This document shows, piece by piece, positions 33,633 to 42,894 of a DNA stretch of 64,000 nt (position 1 is its first letter; every line of letters begins with the position of its first letter). The position numbers and the translations under genes were made by a program. A model generated the notes under the pieces. That model was not told the DNA's origin. It was given only the letters and a program-made list of their open reading frames with translations, and did no database searches. This DNA is from Pirellulales bacterium (GTDB lineage: Bacteria > Planctomycetota > Planctomycetia > Pirellulales > JAICIG01), in the NCBI GenBank assembly GCA_040901675.1, contig JBBDYJ010000041.1, forward strand, positions 1-64,000. Direction: 5' to 3'.

Positions 33633-34133
33633 ATGATCGAAGACGCCCGCCCCGTCCCCCAGCGCATCCTCACCGACGAGATGGTCCAAGCCATCCGCGC
33701 CTTCTTCCCCCGATATCCCACGCGGCAGGCCGTCACGCTGCCGGCCCTCCACGTGGTGAACGAGCGGCTCCGCCACGTGCCGATCCAGGCCGTGGTCGAG
33801 ATCGCCGAGCTGCTCGGGCTGGCTCCGGCCGACGTGCAGGACACGCTGAGTTTTTACGGCTTCTTCAAGCAGGACCGCCCGCACGGCGAGCATCGGGCCT
33901 GGGTCTGCCGCTCGATCAGTTGCGCCTTGCGGGGTGGCGAGGAGGTCCTCGATCACCTCTGCCGGCGGTTGAACCTGTCGCCAGGCGAGACCACGGCCGA
34001 CGGCAAGCTCACCCTGGAGTATGCCGAGTGCCTCGGCGCCTGCGACTTTGCCCCCTGCATGCTGGTCGGAAAGATATTGCACAAAGACCTGACGCCGGCC
34101 AAGGCCGACGCCTTCCTCGATTCCCTGTCGTAG
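33633..34133 (+). CDS. nuoE: NADH-quinone oxidoreductase subunit E
   Basis: VCRSISC...ECLGACDFAP 2Fe-2S motif. Confidence 0.96.
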   Translation: MIEDARPVPQRILTDEMVQAIRAFFPRYPTRQAVTLPALHVVNERLRHVPIQAVVEIAELLGLAPADVQDTLSFYGFFKQDRPHGEHRAWVCRSISCALRGGEEVLDHLCRRLNLSPGETTADGKLTLEYAECLGACDFAPCMLVGKILHKDLTPAKADAFLDSLS

Positions 34134-34221
34134 AACGGAATCTATTCCGTTTATTGTCGTAGAACGGAATTCATTCCGTTTGTTTCTGTAGAACCCAGTT
34201 TATCCCTTTGTAGAACGGACC
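34130..34221 (+). repeat. GTAG-REP cluster between nuoE and nuoF
   Basis: Near-complete copies at 34130 and 34159; degenerate GTAGAAC starts at 34188 and 34210. Confidence 0.85.
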
Positions 34222-34228
34222 TTCACCC

Positions 34229-35569
34229 GTGCCCGAATTCGAACCCGTCCTGCTGGCCAACATCGATCGGCCCGGCAGCCACACGCTGGCTGTTTACGAG
34301 TCGACCGGCGGCTACCAGGCCCTGCGCAGGGTGCTGGCCGAGGGGGATCCCAAGCGTTTCGTCGAAGTCGTCAAGTCCAGCAACCTGCGGGGCCGCGGCG
34401 GTGCGGGCTTTCCCACCGGTCTGAAATGGACCTTCCTGCCCAAGGACCATCCCGGCCCCGTCTACATGTGCATCAACGCCGACGAAAGCGAGCCGGGCAC
34501 CTTCAACAACCGAATCCTGATGGAGCAGGATCCCCACCAGGTGCTCGAGGGCACCATCCTGAGCTGCTTCGCCACGCGGGCCAGCGTGGCCTATGTCTAT
34601 CTCCGCTACGAGTACCCGCTGTCGCTCGAGCGGATGCAGCAGGCCATCGACGAGTGCTACGCCGCCGGCTACCTGGGCAAGGACATCCTCGCCAGCGGGT
34701 TCTCGCTGGAGATGTACATCCACCGCGGGGCGGCGGCCTACATCTGCGGCGAGGAGACCGGGCTGATCGAGAGCCTCGAAGGCAGGCGGGCCTGGCCCCG
34801 GATCAAGCCCCCCTTCCCCGCCGTCGAAGGTTTATTCCGCAAACCGACGGTTGTCAACAACATCGAGACGGTGGCCTGCGTCACCCACATTGCCGCGCGG
34901 GGGGCCGAGTGGTTCAAGTCAATGGGCACGCCCGCCGACCCGAACAACCTCCGCGATCCCGGCAGCTACGGCCCCAAGCTCTACTGCCTCAGCGGCCACG
35001 TGAACAAGCCCGGCTGCTATGAGGCGCCTTTGGGCATCACCTGCCGCGAGCTGATCGACCGCTTCGGCGGCGGCGTCTGGAAAAACCGGCGGGCCAAGGC
35101 CGCCATCCCCGGAGGCATCAGCATGGGCTTGTTGTCCGAGGCCGAGCTCGACACGCCGCTCGATTTCACCGGCCCCACGAAGGCCGGCTGCCTGGGCCTG
35201 GGCACGGCGGCCGTGGTCGTGCTGGACGAGACCGTGAGCATGGTCGACTTCTTGCACAACAGTTGCCGTTTCTTCCAGCACGAGAGCTGCGGCCAGTGTA
35301 CTCCCTGCCGCGAGGGGACCGCCTGGGCCCTCTCGATGCTCAACCGCATCAAGGCGGGCCGCGGCCGGCTGCGCGACCTTGACCTGCTGTTGGAGATCGG
35401 CGACTCGATCGGCATCATCCCCGGCACGACGATCTGCGGCCTGGCCGACGGGGCCGCCTGGCCGATCAAGAACGCCATCCGCAAGTTCGGCGACGAGTTC
35501 GAGGACTACATCCGCCGCACCAATCCCAGCGGTTACATGGTGACCCAGGCCGTCCCCGCCGCTCCCTAG
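34229..35569 (+). CDS. nuoF: NADH-quinone oxidoreductase subunit F
   Basis: LRGRGGAGFPTG.KW, NADESEPG, YICGEET, ESCGQCTPCREG. Confidence 0.97.
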   Translation: MPEFEPVLLANIDRPGSHTLAVYESTGGYQALRRVLAEGDPKRFVEVVKSSNLRGRGGAGFPTGLKWTFLPKDHPGPVYMCINADESEPGTFNNRILMEQDPHQVLEGTILSCFATRASVAYVYLRYEYPLSLERMQQAIDECYAAGYLGKDILASGFSLEMYIHRGAAAYICGEETGLIESLEGRRAWPRIKPPFPAVEGLFRKPTVVNNIETVACVTHIAARGAEWFKSMGTPADPNNLRDPGSYGPKLYCLSGHVNKPGCYEAPLGITCRELIDRFGGGVWKNRRAKAAIPGGISMGLLSEAELDTPLDFTGPTKAGCLGLGTAAVVVLDETVSMVDFLHNSCRFFQHESCGQCTPCREGTAWALSMLNRIKAGRGRLRDLDLLLEIGDSIGIIPGTTICGLADGAAWPIKNAIRKFGDEFEDYIRRTNPSGYMVTQAVPAAP

Positions 35570-35601
35570 CAGGACTCGCCAGAGTTCCGGCCGCAGGCGG
35601 A

Positions 35602-36174
35602 TCAATTGCCGCTTCGAGCGATCACCTCCACCGGATCGCCCGGACCGGCCTCTCCTTCCTCGACGACCTGCATATAGATGCCGCGAAGGTTCCGGTGGCG
35701 CAGGTCGGCCTTCGACACCAGGCGCAGCGCCCCGTCGCCGAAGCGGCCGCGGAACTTCCGGCACCCGTCATGCGGCGTAGGCGTCACCTCCAGCACGGCG
35801 CTGCCCACGCGCACGAGGCTGCCGGGCGGCAGGTTGCCCGCCGATAGATCGAGATCCAGGAACAAGTTGTCGCCGGACAGCGTCAGCGCCTGGCCGTTGG
35901 CGACCAGCCGGGCCACGTCGAGCTGCATGACGGCGATCTGCTCGTCGGCTTGCCGTCTATTGTGGCGGCCCCAGGCGTCGCCCGGCACGCCCCCTTCCGG
36001 CGTCAGGCGGACCCGCGCGGGAGTCTCCCTCCTGCCATTCTCTCGCCGGCTCACCACCAAGGCGACGTATCCGCGCTGGGTCGGCGCTGCCGGCAGAGCC
36101 TCCAGCGCGATTTCGAGGTCCGCCAGGGTGCGGAACCGCGCCGGCTCGCCCCGCGAGTCAGAGTCCACGATCAT
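35602..36174 (-). CDS. MOSC domain protein
   Basis: GVPGDAW, GDNLFLDLDL, VGSAVLEVT..PHDGCRKF, RGIYMQVVEEG. Confidence 0.85.
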   Translation of the reverse strand: MIVDSDSRGEPARFRTLADLEIALEALPAAPTQRGYVALVVSRRENGRRETPARVRLTPEGGVPGDAWGRHNRRQADEQIAVMQLDVARLVANGQALTLSGDNLFLDLDLSAGNLPPGSLVRVGSAVLEVTPTPHDGCRKFRGRFGDGALRLVSKADLRHRNLRGIYMQVVEEGEAGPGDPVEVIARSGN

Positions 36175-36248
36175 TCGCCTGTCACGTTCGTCGTCATCCG
36201 CATGCTAACCAGGCTGCCAACGCCTGTCGACAGCCGGAGACAAGCCCG

Positions 36249-36938
36249 TTATACCCAACCGAGCCATCTCAACGCCATAAGACCGCAAGACGCCACGACA
36301 CCCGACCAATGCAGCCATGTGCGTCTGAGTTGATGACGATAGTCACCTATGATCGCCGCGGCCAACAGGCCGGCCAACACAATGTCAGCCGCCGGCGCAA
36401 GTTCGATTGGATCGATGTCCGGTGTAGTGACTTGCTCCAAAACAGGGCGCACAGACTCTATCAGCGCAAAAACAGCGAGGGCACTCCGCCAGGCGCGGGC
36501 TCTCTTCATCCTCCAGGCCCCAACGACAAACACTGCGCCTGTGGCAAAGGCGGGTAGTACCCCGTAAAAGATGGGCGACGAAGGCTCGATAAAAGTCCAT
36601 GCGAACATTATAAGTAGCAAAGCGACGCCGTAGCCGAGCAGAAGCCACTGCCCAGGTTCGATGATCGCTCCAAATCTCCGCAGCCACCTCGCGGACAATA
36701 CAATGATTCCGAACAAGAGCAGGCCGGCAAGCATCACCACCAGCGCGCCGGGAAACAAACCTACCAGCGCTGCTTGCTCGCCCAGCACGAATCTCAGCCA
36801 GGCCGCGTAGAGGGCGCAAGTCAGTGTGTATAACATAAGATGCTTTATGCCGATCCGAGTCGATGCCGGCTGCTCGTGCCCTTCCGAGCGATTCTTCTGA
36901 ACCGGCTCATCCCCGGGACTCAGATCTGACTGTGCCAT
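36249..36938 (-). CDS. Hypothetical multi-pass membrane protein
   Basis: RIGIKHLMLYTLTCA N-terminal motif and ~7 hydrophobic helices; ATG at 36938. Confidence 0.65.
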   Translation of the reverse strand: MAQSDLSPGDEPVQKNRSEGHEQPASTRIGIKHLMLYTLTCALYAAWLRFVLGEQAALVGLFPGALVVMLAGLLLFGIIVLSARWLRRFGAIIEPGQWLLLGYGVALLLIMFAWTFIEPSSPIFYGVLPAFATGAVFVVGAWRMKRARAWRSALAVFALIESVRPVLEQVTTPDIDPIELAPAADIVLAGLLAAAIIGDYRHQLRRTWLHWSGVVASCGLMALRWLGWV

Positions 36939-36943
36939 GCTGC

Positions 36944-37101
36944 TCACGTCCACGATGTGCCCGCACCAGAGTGCGCTACCTGCTGCTCCCACAGGGACGG
37001 CCGCCGGGCAGCGCGCCAAACCCGCTCGAATTCCGCGGCCACGATGATCTCCGCGCCGGGGAAGGTTTTTGACCACTTCGGCTTGCGGCTGAACCGGAGC
37101 C
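36944..37101 (-). pseudogene. 3' remnant of the gene at 38688-39119
   Basis: Translates LRFSRKPKWSKTFPGAEIIVAAEFERVWRAARRPSLWEQQVAHS with no in-frame start; ~139-bp imperfect direct repeat of 38791-38928. Confidence 0.7.
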
Positions 37102-37120
37102 GTCGCTCACCTTCATTTCT

Positions 37121-37633
37121 TTACAATCCAAATCCCTCTCGGATCGTTGTGATCGGCAAGTACAGGTGCAATTCGCTGTCCAAAAGCGGAACAAAGCCGT
37201 ACTTTTCGTAAAAGCCTTTCGCCGGCGGATCGATGGCGTGGACCTCGACCGCGTGGATCCCCATACGGTCTGAAAGTTCCAGGCAGCGCTTGAGGGCATC
37301 AATAAGCAGGACCTCTCCCAGCCCCTGGCCTTGCGCCGCCTGATCCACGGCGAGCCGTCCGAGCAGAGCGACCGGAAGTGGATGCTTGGGAAGCTTCCGG
37401 GCCGCTTTTTTCGGAATGTTCTGAAACGAGACGGATCCAGAGGCCAGCGTGTAATAGCCCCAGACGCGGTTGTCGTTCTCGCCAGGACGCACGGCGACGT
37501 AGGTGCGTCCTAGGTTTCGCTTCTCGTACTGGCTGACCAGGCTGCGCAGGAAATCGTCGAGCGGAGGTTTTCCGCAACGGAATTCTCCCCGCTCGTGCGC
37601 GCGGTCAAGCGGCTCGATTCGCCAGTCATCCAT
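37121..37633 (-). CDS. GNAT acetyltransferase toxin (AtaT/TacT-like)
   Basis: FRCGKPPLDDFL, GYYTL, PVALLGRLAVD..QGQGLG, AKGFYEKYGF. Confidence 0.92.
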   Translation of the reverse strand: MDDWRIEPLDRAHERGEFRCGKPPLDDFLRSLVSQYEKRNLGRTYVAVRPGENDNRVWGYYTLASGSVSFQNIPKKAARKLPKHPLPVALLGRLAVDQAAQGQGLGEVLLIDALKRCLELSDRMGIHAVEVHAIDPPAKGFYEKYGFVPLLDSELHLYLPITTIREGFGL

Positions 37634-37907
37634 GTCGCCCGTTCTGTTTCCGGGCCGCCCGGCGCAAAGCTTCATTCGCCGCGGGCGGGTTGTCCAACAA
37701 ATCGAGGAAGCGATCACGGTCCTTGTCCGAGAGCGGTCTGGCAGACTCCTCGTAAAACGGCACGTCGTCTTCAGGGATGACGAGGGCCTTGCGGATGCGG
37801 ATCTCCGTCGCGCTCAGTTGCTCGACGACCACGGTGGTGTTGGCGAACCCTCGCGGAAGGGTCACCCGCGCTTTCGAATCGGTCGTTCTGGTTTCCGTTG
37901 CCATCAC
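37626..37907 (-). CDS. Antitoxin: AbrB/MraZ-like N-terminus plus DUF1778/AtaR-like C-terminal motif
   Basis: TDSKARVTLP N-terminus; LSDKDRDRFLDLLDNPPAANEALRRAA C-terminus; overlaps the GNAT start; GGAGG RBS. Confidence 0.8.
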   Translation of the reverse strand: MMATETRTTDSKARVTLPRGFANTTVVVEQLSATEIRIRKALVIPEDDVPFYEESARPLSDKDRDRFLDLLDNPPAANEALRRAARKQNGRHG

Positions 37908-38161
37908 TGCCTCCGGAGTTGGGTCCTCCTAACTCTACCATCAGGTGGGAAAGTGGGCAAGTGGGAATATCCCCGCCCCGCTACGGCCCCCCAGAAGCAG
38001 ACGTGCCCTACAGTTACCGCTCAGGCTTCCGGCGTGCTGCCCGCTGATTCGAAAGGGGCATTGGCCAGGATCGAGAGCCGGTCGAAACGCCTCTGGAGCG
38101 TCCCGGCTCACGCGTATCAGCAACCGGCCAACCCGGCTGGGCATCCAACGGCAACAACACC

Positions 38162-38419
38162 TCAGGGCCCCGAAGGGCGCGCTCGATCCGTTTTCCAGAA
38201 CCAGTTACTGAGGCTCGCGCCGACGATGATGCACCCAACGGCAAGGGCGTGGTGCAACCACAGCACTGGACTCGGCTCGTATGAAGGAAAGCCCCCGCCG
38301 ATCTGGAAAGCTATGTGGCCGACCTTTGGGACCAGAGCATGCACAAGCAGGCTGATTGAGAGCAGCACCACCCCGAGAAGTGTCAGAATCATGGACATGA
38401 TGAAGCCAATCCGTGCCAT
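38162..38419 (-). CDS. Small two-helix membrane protein
   Basis: 85 aa with two hydrophobic segments; GGAG upstream. Confidence 0.5.
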   Translation of the reverse strand: MARIGFIMSMILTLLGVVLLSISLLVHALVPKVGHIAFQIGGGFPSYEPSPVLWLHHALAVGCIIVGASLSNWFWKTDRARPSGP

Positions 38420-38687
38420 GCGGACACCGCTCCCGGCCCAATGGCCTTACAATCAGTTCAGTTGTCAGCCAAGCTTGTCCTCGGTCGCTGCGTTCCTTCC
38501 CTCCAACGACAGGTCAAGGTTCCCCAGGAGCCTTCTTCAATCCACGGACTCCCTTGTCATCCAAGTCCCTCAGCCATTCGGCCGCCAAGGCGGCGCCTGC
38601 CACGGACCACAATGCCGCAAAGAAGGCACTACGCCAAAGAAGTGCAGTCATCGATATCCACCTTTTGCGGTCGCTGCCCGATGGAAC

Positions 38688-39119
38688 TTAAAGGCATTCT
38701 ACCGGCCAGCCTCCGTGGAACGCAATGTAATCCGTTTCTTCGTGCTCCGGTTGTGGATCACGCTGCGCCTCCCAAGTGCCCCACTGCGCGGCACGAGAGT
38801 GTGCTACCTGCTGCTCCCACAGCGGCGACCTCCGGGCGGCGCGCCAAACCCGCTCGAAGTCGAGGTCGCGATCATTTCAACGCCGGGGAAGGATTTCGCC
38901 CACTTCGGCTTGCGGCTGAACCGCAGCCTCAAAAGCAGCCCGTAGTCGTAACACCAATGCGACCGATCATACCGCAGCATGTTGCCGTTGTCGAAGATCT
39001 CGACCTGCCGAACGGCGTGTTGGTCATCGCCGACTTCGACGTACCGGATAAATTCGCCCCATCCAGCCGCGATAAAGTCTTCGCGTTATGCAACTCCCCG
39101 GCGCCTTGAAGTAAAACAT
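38688..39119 (-). pseudogene. Frameshifted small cytoplasmic protein gene (DUF6881/immunity-like pattern)
   Basis: Reconstructed MFYFKAPG/.EDFIAAGWGEFIRYVEVGDDQHAVRQVEIFDNGNMLRYDRSHW...EMIAT/DFERVW; needs at least two frameshifts. Confidence 0.6.
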
Positions 39120-39164
39120 CGGCCGCGCTCGCTCTTCCGCTTCCTGTCCAGCGTGCCTCAGCGG

Positions 39165-39500
39165 TTAATTCCGTCGCTTGCTGTCTTCCTGCTCCTCTCC
39201 TTCGTGCTCCCGGCGGTTCGTCAACCGTCCCGTTTCGCATCTCTCCTCTCGAATGGCCGGAAGAATGGCCCAGCAGAAGACGAGGACCCCAATCGCCGCC
39301 ATCGCCACGAGAATGACAATTGAACGAAGAACGACGTCCGCGGTCGTCGGATCGCCCAAGATTGAGTTATGCCAGCCGATCAACGCGCTCAACATCAGCA
39401 TCGTCGGCAGGGCGAGGCCGATAAAGAGCCCGAAGAACCGTCGCTTCCTTATTCGCCGGGCTACGCGAAGCTGGAACTCGATCTGCTTACGCAATGACAT
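39165..39500 (-). CDS. Small two-helix membrane protein
   Basis: 111 aa; basic N-terminus, two TM helices, charged tail. Confidence 0.5.
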   Translation of the reverse strand: MSLRKQIEFQLRVARRIRKRRFFGLFIGLALPTMLMLSALIGWHNSILGDPTTADVVLRSIVILVAMAAIGVLVFCWAILPAIREERCETGRLTNRREHEGEEQEDSKRRN

Positions 39501-39523
39501 GCAAGCTGGAGCCGGGCCGTGGG

Positions 39524-39829
39524 CTAGCGCTCGTCTTCAGCCCATTCGAGTTTCTGTTTCAAGCCGTTGAACTGGTTGTACTTGATGATTCCTTCGCGCT
39601 GCAACCGGCCGACAACGATTCCCGGCGCGATGCCGAGCCTGGCCGCGAAGGCCTCGACCAGCCCGTACTGCGTCAGCCGCCGCAGCTCGCCTTGGTGGCC
39701 CGCTGGGATCAGCGCGTTTGCCGCGAAGCGGTTCGCCTGCCGCTCACGCTCGTCGTCGGCGTACTCCACGTCGATGAAAGTTTCCTTCTTGCTGTCGTTG
39801 AGGATGTGGCCCGCTTCGTGGAAGAACGC
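39524..39829 (-). pseudogene. 5'-truncated ImmA/IrrE (HExxH) domain of a HigA-like antitoxin
   Basis: FFHEAGHIL...ERQANRFAANALIP...FAARLGIAPGIVVGRLQ; in-frame TAG directly upstream; HTH part missing. Confidence 0.8.
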
Positions 39830-39930
39830 CTAATGCCATGGCAGCTAAGCCCTTCTGCTTGACGATCTGGACCCTAAGCGATAGATTTGGGCCAACTCGA
39901 CACTTCTCGGAGGAATGTCGGGTTTTGTTT

Positions 39931-39958
39931 TTGACAGGCCTTGTGAAACAATTCACAA
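39931..39958 (+). promoter_or_regulatory. -35 box plus Rex operator upstream of nuoG
   Basis: TTGACA (39931-39936) followed by TTGTGAA-ACAA-TTCACAA (39941-39958). Confidence 0.85.
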
Positions 39959-40021
39959 AGCCCCATCGGCCCACCGGCGGCCCCCTTACCAAAAACCCTC
40001 GGCCCGGCAGGGCCTAGCCCT

Positions 40022-41638
40022 ATGCCTATCGTCGTCGTCGACGGACAAGAGATCGAGTTGGATGAAGGCGAACGCCTCAACGGCATCCAGGTCGCGCGCA
40101 AGGCGGGCATCGAAATCCCCCACTACTGCTGGCACCCGGGGCTCACCGTCGTCGCCAGTTGCCGCATGTGCCTTGTCGAGACCGGAGGCCGCAACGCCGA
40201 AACCGGCGCGATCGCCATGGTCCCCAAGCTCGTGCCCGCCTGCCAGACGCCCGCCAAGGATGGCACCGTCTTCGTCACCAATAGCGACAAGGTCCGCCAG
40301 GCGCGGGCCCAGGTCGAAGAGGCCCTGCTCATCGATCACCCCATCGACTGCCCCATCTGCGATAAGGCCGGCGAGTGCCTGCTGCAGGACTACCACTTCG
40401 AGCATGGCCAGAAAGAGCGGCGCGCCGATATCAGGCCCTTCACCAGCCGGCGACGCGAAATGGGCGACACCGTCACGCTGTTCGTCGACCGCTGCGTCAT
40501 GTGCAGCCGCTGCGTCCGCTTCTGCCGCGAGATCAGCGGCACCGGCGAGCTGATGGTCGTCAACCGCGGCAGCCACGAAGAAATCGACGTCGTCCCCGGC
40601 TACCCGCTGGCCAACAAGCTCTCCGGCAACGTCGTCGATCTCTGCCCGGTCGGCGCGCTGGGCGACAAGGATTTTCTCTACCAGCAGCGGGTCTGGTTCA
40701 TGAAGCGGCACGCCGGAGTCTGCACCAACTGTTCCACCGGCTGCTCCATCTGGACCGAAGAGAACCAGGACCGCGTCTGGCGGCTCAAGCCCCGCGAAAA
40801 CCCCCACGTCAACCAGTGGTGGATCTGCGACGAGGGACGCTACGGCTACCACTACATCCACAGCCACCAGCGCCAGGTCGGCCTGCGCAAACGCCAGGGC
40901 GACTCGTTCGAGCCGATCGAGTGGGCCGCCCTCCCCGCCGATCTGAACGCCAGCCTGCAGGCCGCCGGCCCGCTGGCGGCCGTGCTCTCGCCCCACTTGA
41001 CCGTCGAGGAGGCGTTCCTGCTGGCCGCCTACATCCGCGCGCTCGACCCGGGGGCCGATTTGGCGCTAGGTCCGGTGCCCGTCGTGGGCCAGGACGAGCG
41101 TTTCCCCAACGGTTTCGTGATCCACGCCGAGAAATGCCCCAACCGCCGCGGCGTCGAGGCCGTGCTCTGGCACTTCACGGGCAAAGCCATGACGTTCGAC
41201 GAGCTGCTCGGCGACCTCGAGCCGGGCCGCTACGGCGGCGTCTGGGTCACCGGCGGATACCCGCATCCCTGGATCGACGAGGCGGCGGCCTCGCGCTTCG
41301 AGGCGGCGAAGGTGCTGGTCGTGCAGGACCTGTTTGCTTCGCCCCTGTGGGAGCGGGCCACCTACCAGTTGCCCAGCGCCTCGTTTGCCGAGAAAGAAGG
41401 CTCGTACGTCAACTATGCCGAGCGGATGCAGTCGGCCGCCTGGGCCATCCGCCCGCCGCAGGGCACCTGGGTCGAAGGCCAGCTTTACTGGCGGCTGCTG
41501 GACCGCCCGGGCCTGTTTCAGCCCAAGCAGGTGCTGGCCGAGGTGGCCAACGACATCATGTATTTCTCGGCGGCCGCCGACGGCGTTAGCCCCGTGGGCA
41601 TCGATCTCAAGCTGAACCGCCTGGCCGCAGCCACCTAG
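40022..41638 (+). CDS. nuoG: NADH-quinone oxidoreductase subunit G (short form, 538 aa)
   Basis: IPHYCWHP..ASCRMC, HPIDCPICDKAGEC, CVMCSRCVRFC, CTNCSTGC..WICDEGR. Confidence 0.93.
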   Translation: MPIVVVDGQEIELDEGERLNGIQVARKAGIEIPHYCWHPGLTVVASCRMCLVETGGRNAETGAIAMVPKLVPACQTPAKDGTVFVTNSDKVRQARAQVEEALLIDHPIDCPICDKAGECLLQDYHFEHGQKERRADIRPFTSRRREMGDTVTLFVDRCVMCSRCVRFCREISGTGELMVVNRGSHEEIDVVPGYPLANKLSGNVVDLCPVGALGDKDFLYQQRVWFMKRHAGVCTNCSTGCSIWTEENQDRVWRLKPRENPHVNQWWICDEGRYGYHYIHSHQRQVGLRKRQGDSFEPIEWAALPADLNASLQAAGPLAAVLSPHLTVEEAFLLAAYIRALDPGADLALGPVPVVGQDERFPNGFVIHAEKCPNRRGVEAVLWHFTGKAMTFDELLGDLEPGRYGGVWVTGGYPHPWIDEAAASRFEAAKVLVVQDLFASPLWERATYQLPSASFAEKEGSYVNYAERMQSAAWAIRPPQGTWVEGQLYWRLLDRPGLFQPKQVLAEVANDIMYFSAAADGVSPVGIDLKLNRLAAAT

Positions 41639-41648
41639 CGACGCGAGT

Positions 41649-42887
41649 ATGTCCCAAGACGTTCAAGCCATCGTCGTCGAGTCGCTGGTCAAGATCGGCC
41701 TGTTGATCTTCGCCCTGATGACGGCGGCCGCCTACCTGGTGCTGCTAGAGCGCTGGATTGCCGCCTGGGCGCAGGACCGGATCGGTCCCAACCGCGTCGG
41801 CATTCCGCTCACGCGGATCCGATTGTTCGGGCTGGGGCAGCCGCTGGCCGACGGCCTCAAGTTCATCTTCAAGGAGGAGATCACGCCCCGCCACGTCGAC
41901 AAGTTCCTCTACACGCTGGCGCCGATCACGATCCTGGCGACGGCCCTGGCCATCTTCGCCGTGATCCCTTTCGGCAGCGTGCTCCCCACGGGTTCCGCCG
42001 CCGCGGCCGAGCCGGGCGATCGCCGGCAGATCGAGCTCGTGGTGGCGCCGGGCGTCGACGTGGGCGTGATCTACGTCTTCGCCTTGAGCAGCATCGCGGT
42101 CTACGGAGTGATCCTGGGCGGCTGGGCAAGCAACAACAAATACAGCTTCCTGGGCGGCCTGCGGTCCAGCGCCCAGTTGATCGCCTACGAGTTGCCGCTG
42201 GGGCTGGGCATCCTGGGAGTCGTGCTCTTGGCCGGCTCGTTGCGGCTCGACACGATCATTGGCGCCCAGGCCGAAAGCGGCATCTGGTACGTGTTCTGGC
42301 AGCCGCTGGGGTTCGTGGTGTTCGTGGTAGCGGCCTTTGCCGAGGCGGCCCGCCTCCCCTTCGATCTGCCGGAGGCCGAGCAGGAGCTGATCGGCGGCTA
42401 CCACACGGAATACTCCGGGATGCGGCTGTTGATGTTCTTGATCGCCGAGTTCCTGCACATGGTGACCGCCTCGTTCTTGATCGTCATCTTGTTCCTCGGC
42501 GGCTGGCACTTGTGGGGCGTGACCGGCAGCGGCAACGAGGTCACCTGGCTCGGTGCGGTGGTGCGGGTCCTGGTGCTCATGGCCAAGGTGCTGTTGGTGA
42601 TCCTGTTTTTCATGATGGTCCGCTGGAGCTGGCCGCGATTCAGGTTCGATCAGCTCATGGCGCTGGCCTGGAAGGTGATGCTCCCCCTGGGCCTCGTGAA
42701 CCTGGTGGCCGTGGCCGTGCTGGCCGAGTACGGCGATCGCCTCCAGCAGGCGGCCGGGGTGCCCCGCTGGGCATTGCTCGTGGGAATGTGGGCGGTTGCA
42801 ATCGCGGCCTGGCTGATCGCCGGCCTGGCGGCGCCGTTGCAGACCGACAACCGCCCGCGTTGGGAACTGGACCACAGTTCGCTTTAA
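41649..42887 (+). CDS. nuoH: NADH-quinone oxidoreductase subunit H
   Basis: QDRIGPNRVG, QPLADGLK, RLPFDLPEAEQEL, PRFRFDQ. Confidence 0.97.
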   Translation: MSQDVQAIVVESLVKIGLLIFALMTAAAYLVLLERWIAAWAQDRIGPNRVGIPLTRIRLFGLGQPLADGLKFIFKEEITPRHVDKFLYTLAPITILATALAIFAVIPFGSVLPTGSAAAAEPGDRRQIELVVAPGVDVGVIYVFALSSIAVYGVILGGWASNNKYSFLGGLRSSAQLIAYELPLGLGILGVVLLAGSLRLDTIIGAQAESGIWYVFWQPLGFVVFVVAAFAEAARLPFDLPEAEQELIGGYHTEYSGMRLLMFLIAEFLHMVTASFLIVILFLGGWHLWGVTGSGNEVTWLGAVVRVLVLMAKVLLVILFFMMVRWSWPRFRFDQLMALAWKVMLPLGLVNLVAVAVLAEYGDRLQQAAGVPRWALLVGMWAVAIAAWLIAGLAAPLQTDNRPRWELDHSSL

Positions 42888-42894
42888 TAATCGA

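Noticed and set aside
38514..38651. 45-aa minus-strand ORF with a signal-peptide-like start (MTALLWRSAFFAALWSVAGAALA)
   Set aside because: Probably the stub of a truncated secreted-protein gene; too little support to call.
35570..39900. Integron cassette array (co-oriented small genes and TA modules)
   Set aside because: No consistent RYYYAAC...GTTRRRY attC sites; the one TAAC...GTTAG at ~36204-36251 is too short and off-consensus; no intI in the window.
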